Shown piece by piece: positions 12,408-24,177 of a stretch of DNA of 64,000 nucleotides. Position numbers and translations under genes: made by a program. The DNA lies in contig BCKQ01000008.1 in NCBI GenBank assembly GCA_001600695.1, positions 223,781-287,780 on the forward strand. The letters are read 5' to 3'. Under the pieces are notes generated by a model. That model saw only the letters and a list, made by a program, of their open reading frames with translations, searched no databases and was not told the origin of the DNA. This DNA is from Ascoidea asiatica JCM 7603 (taxonomy: Eukaryota; Fungi; Ascomycota). Position 1 is the stretch's first letter. Every line of letters starts with the position of its first letter.

Positions 12408-12926
12408 ATGGTTTCTTTTACTTCAATTACAAAATGCTTTTTAGGACTCTTAACTGTTAACTCAGTTCCAACATTAGCCGCTTCAGTTGGTGGTCATATT
12501 GTTGATTTTTCTCTTATTGTCGAAGCTTCAAATTCAACACTCAATGGAAATGGTATTTCTGCTATCCATGAAGGAGCTGGTATTAATTATTTTTTCATTG
12601 GAACTACTCCAAGCTCTGAATCATTATCTTATGATCGTTCCACTGGCTCTATTTTCTCTTATAGAGGGTCTGAATATAAATATTCTCTTTCTTTCACCTC
12701 TGATGGAATTTTGCAATTGAGCACAACTTCTGAAGATTCTTATGTGACTTCAGGAACTAAATGGAGCATCAATCCTTGGGGATACTTAACATATTATAAT
12801 TTTACAGATTCTTATTATGCCTGTAAAAATATCGGCGATCCTTATAGATTTTCTGAAACCGAATATGCTATTTCATCTTCTTCTGTCAATTCTGGGTGCT
12901 TACCAATTAAACTCAAAACTGCTTGA
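12408..12926 (+). CDS. Secreted PGA29/30/31-like protein (domain only, no stalk or GPI tail); paralog of 8794..9900
   Basis: Signal peptide, SAIHEGAGINYFFIG and YYACKNIGDPY..S..EYAI...C.PIKLK shared with the upstream paralog. Stop follows directly after the domain. Confidence 0.85.
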   Translation: MVSFTSITKCFLGLLTVNSVPTLAASVGGHIVDFSLIVEASNSTLNGNGISAIHEGAGINYFFIGTTPSSESLSYDRSTGSIFSYRGSEYKYSLSFTSDGILQLSTTSEDSYVTSGTKWSINPWGYLTYYNFTDSYYACKNIGDPYRFSETEYAISSSSVNSGCLPIKLKTA

Positions 12927-13378
12927 TTTACTTTAAATAATCTTTTTCTTTAATTTTCCATTAAAGGCAATTTCTGATTCAAAAGAATTTGATTTACAGT
13001 CATTGCTTTTCAAGTTCTGTATTGAATTATTCAATCTGCCTATTTTTTAAAAAATATTTCAATTCTAAAAGCTTTTGCTAAACTTCAATTATTTTATTAT
13101 TATTTTCAAATTATCTTAAATTTTTATAGTTAGTAAATAATTTTTTTCCTTTCGCTAACTTTGAAACTAGCTTATCCAAACTGCAAAAAAGTACGTTTTG
13201 AAGAAAACGAAAGTAAATCAACTTGTAATTTCCATTCGAATAAAAATTTAACACAATTTGAAATATTCAATTGCTTTAAATTTTCTGAGCTCCATACGCA
13301 TCCTCATGTATTGTGATGTTGGCAATAACCTAAATGCATCCGGTTATTTTTCCGACCCCGGATAATCCAATGCATTTT

Positions 13379-13410
13379 ACGCGATTCATTTTTTATTTAT
13401 TTTATCGCGT
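13379..13410. promoter_or_regulatory. Inverted pair of MCB-like elements (ACGCGA / TCGCGT) upstream of HIF1
   Basis: CGCG cores at 13379-13384 and 13405-13410 in AT-rich DNA, about 130-160 bp before the ATG of a histone chaperone. Consistent with MBF G1/S control (inference). Confidence 0.45.
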
Positions 13411-13542
13411 TCAATAGCAAAAACACATTAATATTGTAAATATTGAACATTTTGTCTGGATTGATTTTTAAGTGATATTTTGTTGAAAATTTTTATCTTT
13501 AAGTCATTTAATTTTTGAAAAAGTCAAAAAAATAGTATCAAA

Positions 13543-14796
13543 ATGTCAATCGACAAGGAAATATCGTATACAGACAAAATCAATAACCTTTTATCTAGAG
13601 CTGCTAGCCATTATGCTTCTAAAGACTTTGAAGCTGCAGTTGAACAATATGCTGAATGTTGTAAATTATATTCAATACAAAACAATGGAGAAGAAAATGC
13701 AGATTTGTTGTTCTTATATGGAAAAGCTTTATTTCAATCGGGAGTCATGAAATCTCAAATTTTGGGTGGATCTGGTAAGAAAGATGATTTGAATCAAAAT
13801 AAAAATTTGGATATGACCTCTGTTAAACTTGAAACCGACAAATTGGAAGAGGAATCTACAACTGAAAAAGATGATCCTAATTTTCAATTTGAAGAAGATG
13901 TTGTTGATGGAGATACGGATGATGACGAAAGTGAAAGTGGTAATGCTGATCACTCTGGAAAAGGAAAAGAAAAAGAAGACTCTTTTGAAAACGGCGGCAT
14001 TAATATCAAAGAAAAAACAAACAATGGAACTGAAAATGATTTGGAAAATGAAAATGAGAATGAAAATGACATTGCTGGTAATGAAGATAATAACAATGAT
14101 GACGAAAACAAGGATGATGAAAATGAGAGTGACTTTGAACTTGCCTGGGATGTTTTAGATTTATCTAGAATATTGTTCCAAAAAAAATTAGACTCAAGTG
14201 AAATTAAAGAAGATGAAAAGAAAATTTTGAAGACAAAAATATCCGAAACATATGACTTATTAGGGGAAGTCTCTTTAGAGTCCGAGAATTTTGCTCAGTC
14301 TTCTGAAGATTTTTTGAATTCCTTAAATTTAAGAAAAGAAGTTTATGAATCTAATTCTGATTTGATTTGTGAATCGCATTATAAATTATCTTTAGCTTTA
14401 GAATTTAATTTTGATAATCCAGATGCAAGATCTAAAGCAATTGAACATATGAAATGTGCGATAAAAATAGTCAATGATAAATATGAATCATTGGAAAAGT
14501 TGACTAATAAAGATTCTAAGACTATTGAACTTATATCAGATAAAAAGCAAATGCTTGAAGAATTAAATGAAAGATTAACTGATTTAATAAAGGATCCTAC
14601 AGAGAAGTTTAAACAGGAGCAAATGGATATTATGAAGGGTATTTTGGGTGTTTCAACAAGTGAATCAGCATCAAAAGTGTCAAAGGTGAATCCTATTGAG
14701 CCAATAACCAAAGTTAACGATTTGACATCAATGGTCAAAAAACGAAAAAATCCTAATGGAAAAATGGTAGGAAAGAATAAAAGAATAAAAAAATAA
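13543..14796 (+). CDS. HIF1: NASP/Hif1/Sim3-type SHNi-TPR histone chaperone
   Basis: TPR with LFLYGKALF interrupted by a long acidic insert, then DFELAWDVLDLSR and YDLLGEVSLESENF, with a basic C-terminal NLS. Confidence 0.9.
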   Translation: MSIDKEISYTDKINNLLSRAASHYASKDFEAAVEQYAECCKLYSIQNNGEENADLLFLYGKALFQSGVMKSQILGGSGKKDDLNQNKNLDMTSVKLETDKLEEESTTEKDDPNFQFEEDVVDGDTDDDESESGNADHSGKGKEKEDSFENGGINIKEKTNNGTENDLENENENENDIAGNEDNNNDDENKDDENESDFELAWDVLDLSRILFQKKLDSSEIKEDEKKILKTKISETYDLLGEVSLESENFAQSSEDFLNSLNLRKEVYESNSDLICESHYKLSLALEFNFDNPDARSKAIEHMKCAIKIVNDKYESLEKLTNKDSKTIELISDKKQMLEELNERLTDLIKDPTEKFKQEQMDIMKGILGVSTSESASKVSKVNPIEPITKVNDLTSMVKKRKNPNGKMVGKNKRIKK

Positions 14797-14975
14797 AAAT
14801 ATAAAAGAGTGGAAAAATAAAAATCTAGAAAAAAACTAAAATGTAAAATAAATTATCGATATATCAAAGAGACTTTGTTAGAGAGTTGCTCGAACTAAAA
14901 TAATTTTTATATTCATAATTAATATTATAAATCCTAATTATTTATATGTATTGTATTATATAATTATTGATATAT

Positions 14976-16403
14976 TTATTGATATAACTCATTAAGTGAT
15001 TTTTCCATTATTTCAATGAGAATATCAGCGTGTTTATTCTCAAAAATTAAAGTTGGTCTTAATCTTACAGCAGCAACACCACAGCCACCAATATTAGCTC
15101 CATTTTTTCTACATTGAAGCAAAAATAAATCTCTTTCTTTTGTTGTTGGTAAATCCCAAGCAATTAAAGTACCTCTATTTTTACCTCTAAGATTTAATAA
15201 AATTTTTGGAAATTTATTAGATAATTTCTCAATTTTATCATATAAATAATTTCCAGTTTCAAAAGTTTTTTCTACTAAATTATTTTTCTTGATTTCTTTA
15301 TAAATAGTTCTAGCTATTATAGCCTTTGATGGATCTCCACACCATGTGTTGAATTGTCTAAAAGGTTGAGCTGGTTGTAATTCTGGTAAATTATAATAAA
15401 ATCCAGCGGCTTGAAATTTTTTTGAAAATGTAACCATATCTGGAGGATTTTCTGGTTTTAATAAATGTTCATGAGCCCAAAACTTTCCAGAAGCTCCAAC
15501 ACCAGTTTGAACTTCATCAACTATCATTAATACATCATTTCTTTTAGTTATTTCTCTTAAGCCTTGATAAAATTCAGGAGATGCATGATTATCACCACCT
15601 TCTGCTTGAACAGGTTCAATTATCAAAGCCGCAATTGAAGCATGCCAAGTTTTTATAATTTTTTCAGTTTCTTCAAGACATTTTTTTTCTTCAAGTTTAT
15701 TTTCTTCACTAAATTTATCTAATGGATATTTAATTTTTGGATATGGAGCTTTTGGCCATGGAAATTGAGGTATATCTAATTTATGAATTGGTCTTGATCT
15801 TGTAGTTGATAATGAACCAAATAATCTACCATGAAAGCCATTTTTAAAAGATAAAATTGCAGCATCAGGAGCACCAGGAGGTTTATTATCCATAACAGAT
15901 GTTAATTCTTCTTGATTAAAAGGTCTATTACCTCTTTTTTTAGCCGCCATGTACATAAAAGCAGCTTTAAAAGCAGTTTCATTAGCACAAGAACCAGATA
16001 AAGCTGTCCATACTTTATTTAACCCATTTGGAGCAGCAGCTAAGATTCCTTCTTCTAAAATTTGAGAATAATCAGTTGATGGAAAACAAGCTAAAGCTGG
16101 TCTATTTGCTAAAGCTACAGACATTACATCAGATTTTGAAATTTTTAATAATTCAGGATTATTATACCCTAAAGCAATTGAAGCAATCTGACAATAAGTA
16201 TCTAACATTAGATTACCATCAACATCAGCAATGTAATTACCTTGAGATTTATAAAAATCGGTTACAAAATAGGCTGCTCTATTATCGAATACTTCTCCTA
16301 AATGTTTCAAAGCTTCTATATTTTTTGGGCCTGGCAATGCAGTTTTGATTGCCGGTGAAATTGGTTCATTAGGAAAATATTTTGAGGAAACCGATTCAGA
16401 CAT
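14976..16403 (-). CDS. UGA1: 4-aminobutyrate (GABA) aminotransferase
   Basis: Class III PLP aminotransferase motifs GFHGRLFGSLSTTRS, IIEPVQAEGGD, DEVQTGVG, VTFSKKFQ, RQFNTWCGDP. Confidence 0.97.
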   Translation of the reverse strand: MSESVSSKYFPNEPISPAIKTALPGPKNIEALKHLGEVFDNRAAYFVTDFYKSQGNYIADVDGNLMLDTYCQIASIALGYNNPELLKISKSDVMSVALANRPALACFPSTDYSQILEEGILAAAPNGLNKVWTALSGSCANETAFKAAFMYMAAKKRGNRPFNQEELTSVMDNKPPGAPDAAILSFKNGFHGRLFGSLSTTRSRPIHKLDIPQFPWPKAPYPKIKYPLDKFSEENKLEEKKCLEETEKIIKTWHASIAALIIEPVQAEGGDNHASPEFYQGLREITKRNDVLMIVDEVQTGVGASGKFWAHEHLLKPENPPDMVTFSKKFQAAGFYYNLPELQPAQPFRQFNTWCGDPSKAIIARTIYKEIKKNNLVEKTFETGNYLYDKIEKLSNKFPKILLNLRGKNRGTLIAWDLPTTKERDLFLLQCRKNGANIGGCGVAAVRLRPTLIFENKHADILIEIMEKSLNELYQ

Positions 16404-16772
16404 TATGAATATTAATATATTATTATTAATTGAACAAGAATTTATAGAATATTTTCTAAATAAAATAATGATCAGAAGGGAATATTGAGATTATTTATAT
16501 ACTTTTTTTGATTTTCTTTTAAAATTGTTCATTCAAGCAAAGTAAATCTTATTACATTATTATCTTTTGAATTTAAACGAATATTTCGTTCAAAAAGAGG
16601 TTTATCATTATAAAATTAAATATATTTCAATCTTTGTAGTTATTCGATTCCCTTGATATCTTAAAAATTGAATGATTTTATTAAGAGTTTTCGAAAAATC
16701 ATTATCAGCTTCTATCGAAATCGAGATCTGGAGATCGTTTCGACAAATAAGAATTAAAGATGAAGTTGGATG

Positions 16773-16840
16773 GCGGCGCTGGGAGTCCGCAGCACCATTT
16801 CACTTTTTGTCTCTTATCTAAAGCAGCAGCGCGTGATAAG
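16773..16840. promoter_or_regulatory. Putative UGA1 UAS: GCGG-N10-CCGC Zn2Cys6-type site plus GATAAG elements
   Basis: CGG at 16774-16776 and CCG at 16787-16789; CTTATC at 16813-16818 and GATAAG at 16835-16840, in a GC-rich patch about 400 bp upstream of a nitrogen-catabolic gene. Confidence 0.45.
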
Positions 16841-19800
16841 CTGTGGATAAATTTTCTAAAGCCTCTTTCAGCAAGCCATGTTGTGGCTAGTTTATTCCAG
16901 CCTTATGGGTCAAAGGAAAACAAAACTAATTGTAACGTTAACTTTGGTGGTAGCCTTTAATTTGTAGAATATTAAATTGATATTTCGAAACATCAAGAAC
17001 TAGTCTCAGCTTAATTATCACTCAATAAACCTATAATATTTTCAAGAATCCTTTTATATATATTTTTCAATAGCAGCTTACGTCTTATGAGTTGATCTAT
17101 CAGAATAACATAATTAAATAATTAATTATGATTAGATCCCCAATAATACTAATTAACTTCCATAGACTATAGAAAAAAAAAACTGAATGAAACTGCTAAA
17201 AAAGAAAGTGAGAGTTTTCGGAGAACATATCACAAGGTTCTACTTACATTTATTATTATTATTGGAATCTTTTTGGCCTGAGCTAAAGTACCAATGAGTT
17301 CTCATCTTTTTTTTTACATCCTAACCTAATCTTGAAGATATTGTATTGAAAGAGATAATACGGAAAACAAATGAATATTGTAATACCAAAATATTCAACA
17401 CAAGAATACGCATATTTTGAAAAAAAATTTTTTTAATATATCGAGAGCCTTAATAAAGCATTTTATGGATAAAATGTGGATCGGAAAGATAGATTAGTTG
17501 AATTATTCGTAAGATGTGGCTCTTTATATCGTTGGAATTAGTTTTGGTTCAATTCAAGAGTAATTCATCTACTCAATTTGTTGATGGTATAACTTATTGA
17601 TTCACTCGATTATACCGTAATATGTAAAAAATTTTTTTTTTTTCTCATAACTTTCTTGATTATTATTCATAAATTACTTTAAAAGTATTGAATATTATTG
17701 AGAACTTTGAGAATTTATAAGATTAAAAGAATATTGGGAAGATAAATTTTTTAATCTCTTTCAATAAAACAAAAATTGCAAAATCTATTTTTGTTTCTTC
17801 ATCTGAATTTAATGTTTACAAGTATTGAAATTTATTAGAATATTATGAATACATTGATTAGTATTAACAATCACAAGACCCTTACATTAATTTGCATAAC
17901 AATAGTCAGTATTTTTAATCTCCCTTAACAACCGTACTAAATTAATTTGAAATAAATTTATCGAATTTTAAAATTTTGGTTATTTTGAATATGTAACTAA
18001 TTAACTCAAAGCATTAGCAAAATATGATTGGTAAGTAATATATGATAATAAATTATTCTTTTTTTTTGTTTTCAAAATTAATCAAAGAAAACGTTCAAAC
18101 TGCAGAAAGTAATATTTGAAAAATTCAATTCGATTATTATTTAAAATCTTCTTGAAATATGTGTAATCTTTTTTTAGAAAAATAAATAAGATGAAAAAAA
18201 AAAAAACTTTTTCACTGTTCTCTTAAATTATAATGTTATAGTAATATATTAATGTAGTATATTTCTTTAAATCAAGTTATGTTTCAAATCCTTATTTGAT
18301 CTTTTTATTGAATATACTTCAAAAGAAGCATCAGAATAATAAAAAGTTGATTGTTCAATTTTATTTGAATTTAGTTTTCATCTGAGTTTTTTTAGAAAAT
18401 CTTTAATTTGAATAAATCAGAACCATTACTAATTGAAGTTATTTCAAGAATCAAATAATAAAAAAAAAGGATTCAAAAAAAAAAGTATACCCACTCCTAG
18501 ATTGATTAAGTATTTCCTCCTAATAACTATTGCCGGACAAAAATAATTTAGAGTGTTAACAAACACTCTAAACATTTTTAGCAACTACTATTTTGGTAAT
18601 TATCTTTCTGATAATTACACATTTGTATGTTGTATATATTTAGTTCTTTGTTGTTTTTAGAAAAAAATAAAAATACATTTTCCCATTTTAGAAGGGGTAT
18701 AAGTACTGATTTGATCTTAATTTTTCGAATAAATTAGGAGTCGCTTATTAATTCCACGGGTAGTGCCTATTTATGAAATTTTTTGAGAATGTTACGTTAA
18801 AGTACATATTTATTGTCATTTTATTTTAAAAATGCTCTCAAAAACTTCCAGATTTAAAAATATTTTGAACTTTTTAAGCCTATTTTTTTTACTAAAAAGG
18901 TGTTGAATTTTATATTTCTGAGAATAAACTGTAAGATATCTAAACATACTGTTTAGTTATTCATTTGAAAAGTTCTCAAATTGACGATAAAAATGAAAAG
19001 TAAAGAGAATTTCTCTAATAGATTTGAATAGCCTCCTTCTTTAACATGACAACAATTTTTTTTTTTGGATAAAAGATTACGTAACATAGAAATATTAAAG
19101 TAATGATAAATGCTTTTTTATACGATATAAAAATCTGAATATTCAGTGACTTGTTATAAAACTGGACACACTCAATACCGGTAAAACTGGAATTGAGTAA
19201 CCAGATGTTTTTTTTATACATACTACGTAGTGGGTTTTTAAGTGAGAGATTGATACACATGGTTGATACAGTTGTATATGTTGAAATATTTGATGACATT
19301 GTGCATTGTTGAAATTCAGTACATTTTTCAGACTAATTTGAAGTTTAAAAGATTCCTCGAGCTCCTAAAGAATTATTAAATCAAAAAGTACTTTTTTCGT
19401 TGATGCTGCTTCTTAGTGTAAATTTAAAAACTTGTTTAAATTTGCTAACGTTTTCTATTTATTTGTTTATCTGCCAATACATAATTTATTGAATTTTTAC
19501 TGAATGTATCTATCTTATGGTCACAAATATAGAAAAAAGAGTTGAAAAAGTGAGAAACCAGCTCCGGAAAGAGATTAGAAGTAGATGAAGTGAGTGAAGT
19601 GAGTGAAGTGAGTGCTTATCTTCAGGAGCCCTACGGGAAAGTACCGCTGCTTCCATCAGCAACCTCACTTTTTATCCGCTGCCGGAACACGGACTAGCTG
19701 GAAAATGGCTCTGCAGCACACGGCCACCAGAAAAGTGGCAGCGGTATGTCACGAGGCTGTTGTTTTTGACCAGGCAAGCATGTATCTAGAGTCCTTATAA

Positions 19801-21096
19801 TCCCCTTTAGTAATACACTAAACGTGATCAAAGAATGGTATTTTAAGTGTGCTTTTTTTTTTAAATCTAAGATCAGTTGTGTTTGCAACCCATTTTCTAC
19901 AAATGCAGCCATTAGCAGAAGATATAATTCTCTGTGTCCAAGAGCAATCGACCACAGTGCCGTATCCGGTAGCAGATGTGCCAATACGTAAAGTAATACA
20001 TAGATGCTACACCTCCGTACAATTGTACACTACGTATTTCAGTACTGCTAATACTAATGCAAGCACTAATAATAATAAAGCAGTTATTTCACCTTTCTTC
20101 ATGGAAGTTACTTATTTTCAATTATTTAATATGATCTGGTATTAATTTTATATTTATTTCATTACTAATTCCATTACTTTTCAAAGATAAATTAAGAAGA
20201 TAATTGAATTCAATATATATTCAAATTTTTATTAAATCTTCACTATTATCAAAACTGTTCTGAGATTTCAATTTATTTCTCCTTTCATTCTTTTTCAATT
20301 TCATTTCTTTAAGAAAAAGTAATTCTTTTAATAATAAATAAAGTCAAATTTTGAACAAGATAAAAGCCTAAGCAATAATTTTAAAAATCATTGATAGTCA
20401 TAAAACTTAAGATAAAAATTATAATATATATTCATTTTCTGGTATAAATCAAACGTATATGTATATTTATATATATATCAAACATTAACCTGTTTCATTT
20501 TTCAAGTTTTTTTCTTTCAGGAAGCAAATATTATCATTTCATTTAATATATAATATTTGACTTCTTTGATATCTTCAATATTTTCATTCGTTTATCATTC
20601 TCAAGTCAAAAAAATACCTTCAATAAGAGTAAATTTCAAATATATTCATATTTAATACCTTAAATCTAAAATTAAACCCCTTCAATTATCTTAATTAATA
20701 AAATAATTTCATTAATTTCAATTCATTACGTATTACTATTGATTATTTTTCTCTTATTCATACTTTATCATAAATCATTCAATCCTTAATCATCTCTTTA
20801 GACTTTTAAATTTCATATTTTTATTAGCGCTTAATCTATTATTCTCTTATTAATAATATATTAATATAATAATATAATAATATAATAATAACATAAATTC
20901 TATCAATTACAAATTTGTGATTCAAATATAAAATATTTCTCAATTTATAGATGATATCTTTATTGTAATATTCAACAATACTAAATTATTAATAAAATAT
21001 TATATAAAATAAAATAGAAAATACTAAAATAAATTTATCTGAACTTCTTAAAATAAAATTTAATTAGCAATATAGGTTTACATTTATAAATATATT

Positions 21097-23682
21097 ATGC
21101 AGTCTCTTCCTATTCAAAGGATGCTTAAAAGAGACTCAACTTCAGACTCAGAATCTGATTCCACAACGACCCTTGAAAAATCAAAAGAAGATACTACTAC
21201 TACTACTACTTCCTCTTCTTCCTCTTCTTCCTTATCCTCATCATCATCCTCATCTTATTCTTCATCATCCACAACACCATCCACAACTACAACTGATTCT
21301 AAATCCACAGATACAAATACAGTAACAGCCACTGATTCAACTTCAACCCCTTCAACAATAACCTCTTTTTCAACCTCATCAACTTCATCGCTGTCTGATT
21401 CAATTTCAACCACAACTTCATTAACCGCCGTTAATGATGATGAAGATATTATATCCGCAGCTATATATTCTGAAACAACCGAATTAGATTCTTCTTTATC
21501 AATTTCTGATACAATAACAACAGCTAAAAAAGATCAAAAAACTTTACAAATACAATCATCTTCAACATCTTCATCTTCCACATCATCATCTGATTCATCA
21601 TCTGATTCATCATCTTCTTATTATTCTTCGTCATCTTCATCTTCCGTTTCCTCAACAAGTTCATACTCCTCTATATCTTCATTTTACCTGTCTTCTTCTA
21701 GCTCAAAATCAGATAAAACTGATGAAACTCAATCAATTTCATCATCAAAATCAATTACTGATACTGATACTTTAACAGGATCATATACAGATAGTGATAA
21801 TAGTACAGAAACAGATACTGATACTGAATCTGAAACTAAATCAACTCTGTCAAAAAAATTAAAATCTACATACACCGCCGATAGTATTACTACTTCAAAA
21901 CAATTATATCCGTATACAACTCATATAAATACAACCATTTATAAAGCTGAACCAAGTTATACTTTAGTATTCATAACAATTTCAGAATCTGCTTCTCCTG
22001 TAATAATTACTTCAACTTTATCAATTCCTTCAACAACAATTGAAACTTCATATACTCAAAAATTTGAAATTACTGGTGCAAGTACAACTTTTGATATAAC
22101 AATTCCAATAGATACAACTATAACAACTTCTCAAAAATTAATTTTAAATTCAGATGGAATTTATGAAACTCAAAATGCTTATTATTATCATCCTGATACT
22201 TTAACTGTAAATTATAATTATTATGAATCTTATTTAAAAAATTTAGTATCAAATGATAGTAGTAATTCAAAATCAAATAAAGATTCAAAAAGTACTACAA
22301 TTGGTTCAATAATTGGTGGAATTTTTGGATTTTTAATAATTCTTTTAATCCTATTTTACTTTTTCAGAAAACATCGTAAACCAAAAAATACTAATGAAAA
22401 TTTAATTTCTTATGAAAAAAAACTTAATTCAAATGATATAATCAATGGAAATAATAATAATAATAATAATAATATTGATAATAATAATAATTTAAAATCC
22501 ATTTCTGAATTTAATGAAAAAAGATTTAGTTTAAGTTCTTATAATAGGAAACTGAATTCTAGACCAAATTTTCAATTTATCTCATTGCCTATAATTTCAA
22601 TTGACCAAAATATAACAGAACAAAATATTTATTATCCTTCTCCTTTAAGTCCACAATTACCTTTGAGTCCAAATTCAATAAATTCTTCAAATTTAAATAG
22701 TAGTGATAATCATAATAATAATAATGTGAGAATGATAAATGATATTGATAGTGTTATTTCTGGTGCAAGTACTTTAAGTATGAATAGCCATACAGGTACA
22801 ATAAATTCCAATAATACAATAACAACAAGTAATTCTCATAATTCAGAATCAACAGCTTCATCATCATCATCTGGTTCAAATTCTATTTCTTCATCAACTA
22901 CAAGTGGTGGAGATATGGGATTGGATGCTTTGAGACAGAATTTATTAACTGGCTTGAATATGAATACACAGTATAATACAACTCCAAATAATGGTAGATT
23001 TCATTCGAATCAACCTAGTGAAACATTTGTAAGGAATAGAGTTATAGATACTGTTTATGAAGAAAGAGATAGTGAATCACATTCTGATAGAAATTCTGCT
23101 TCGATACACAGTTCTCTAAATAGGAACATATCCAATACTTCTTTTTCTTTCACATCTATAACTCCAACATCAACAAATTCAAGATCTTTAGCCAAATCAA
23201 TATCGAGTAATTTTTCTCACATAATATCAAAAAAGAAAAGCAAAGAATCAAAAAGCAATGTTCATCGTAATAGTAAAAATGAATCAAAAAGAAAGAGAAG
23301 TAGTTTTTTTCCTCCTTCGATGTACGAAAATGATAAAAATAAATACAGGGGAGCAAAGGATAGATATGCAAGAGCTGGCCTTCAAAGTTATATCCAACAA
23401 TCCTCATCTAAATCTTCAACTAGTCTGCCATCTCCAAATATCGATGTTAATCCATTCGAAAACTTAAAACCTTTTGAAGTGATAGAAAAACGTTCTAAGA
23501 GCTTTGATATAACAGATAACCAGACACCATCACCAAGTATTCCACCTCCAGTTCCTCCTCCTAGAAAATCACTTGTCGTTTCTTCAAATAGTGCTGAAAA
23601 ATATACTTCTGCATCTGGTGATCATGGTCAAAAGCCTTTCAACTCTTCATCTTCAAATAATTCTACTGATCCTTTCGAATAA
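21097..23682 (+). CDS. TDA7: TDA7-like Ser/Thr-rich single-pass membrane protein
   Basis: No signal peptide, long S/T ectodomain, YTQKFEITGASTTF motif before the TM (TTIGSIIGGIFGFLIILLILFYFF-RKHRK), cytosolic NPF and PPPVPPPRK motifs. Same architecture and motifs as recalled for S. cerevisiae Tda7. Confidence 0.7.
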   Translation: MQSLPIQRMLKRDSTSDSESDSTTTLEKSKEDTTTTTTSSSSSSSLSSSSSSSYSSSSTTPSTTTTDSKSTDTNTVTATDSTSTPSTITSFSTSSTSSLSDSISTTTSLTAVNDDEDIISAAIYSETTELDSSLSISDTITTAKKDQKTLQIQSSSTSSSSTSSSDSSSDSSSSYYSSSSSSSVSSTSSYSSISSFYLSSSSSKSDKTDETQSISSSKSITDTDTLTGSYTDSDNSTETDTDTESETKSTLSKKLKSTYTADSITTSKQLYPYTTHINTTIYKAEPSYTLVFITISESASPVIITSTLSIPSTTIETSYTQKFEITGASTTFDITIPIDTTITTSQKLILNSDGIYETQNAYYYHPDTLTVNYNYYESYLKNLVSNDSSNSKSNKDSKSTTIGSIIGGIFGFLIILLILFYFFRKHRKPKNTNENLISYEKKLNSNDIINGNNNNNNNNIDNNNNLKSISEFNEKRFSLSSYNRKLNSRPNFQFISLPIISIDQNITEQNIYYPSPLSPQLPLSPNSINSSNLNSSDNHNNNNVRMINDIDSVISGASTLSMNSHTGTINSNNTITTSNSHNSESTASSSSSGSNSISSSTTSGGDMGLDALRQNLLTGLNMNTQYNTTPNNGRFHSNQPSETFVRNRVIDTVYEERDSESHSDRNSASIHSSLNRNISNTSFSFTSITPTSTNSRSLAKSISSNFSHIISKKKSKESKSNVHRNSKNESKRKRSSFFPPSMYENDKNKYRGAKDRYARAGLQSYIQQSSSKSSTSLPSPNIDVNPFENLKPFEVIEKRSKSFDITDNQTPSPSIPPPVPPPRKSLVVSSNSAEKYTSASGDHGQKPFNSSSSNNSTDPFE

Positions 23683-24177
23683 ATTTGATATCTTTTTATC
23701 TAATTTTAATGCTTTTTTGTTTCTTTTGTTTTTTTTTTAATGTGGACTCTATAAATGGATTTCATTCCTTGAAGAGCATCAAATGTTTGACAAAATTTTT
23801 CTTACATTATCTATCTTTTTTATTGAAATTAGTTTTTTTTCATTAAAGTGTTCAGTTTTTGTTCTGTTTTATATTATACCTATAAATGTTTTTTTTTGGT
23901 TCTTATTCTGTTTATATCATCTCACCTCAGCATTCAGTTTTTTTTATTAAAGATATTTTTCTTTTATCAACCACGAGCCCTTTATTTCTTTTAATTTAGT
24001 TTTTACATTTAAATTTATTTTTCATTTCTCTGAAATGATAGCATTTAATAAAATTTTTTTAAGAAATTTCTTTTTCGATTACTTCTATACAGCTAAACTT
24101 TAAATAAAAATGATAGCAGTTAAATTTTTGTATTACAAAACTTTTAAAGAAAATAAATCTATTTACTAGCTTACACA

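Noticed and set aside
19152-19204. Hairpin CTGG..CTCAAT..ATTGAG..CCAG as an H/ACA snoRNA
   Set aside because: Only one convincing hairpin, ambiguous strand, and no recognisable rRNA target for the pocket.
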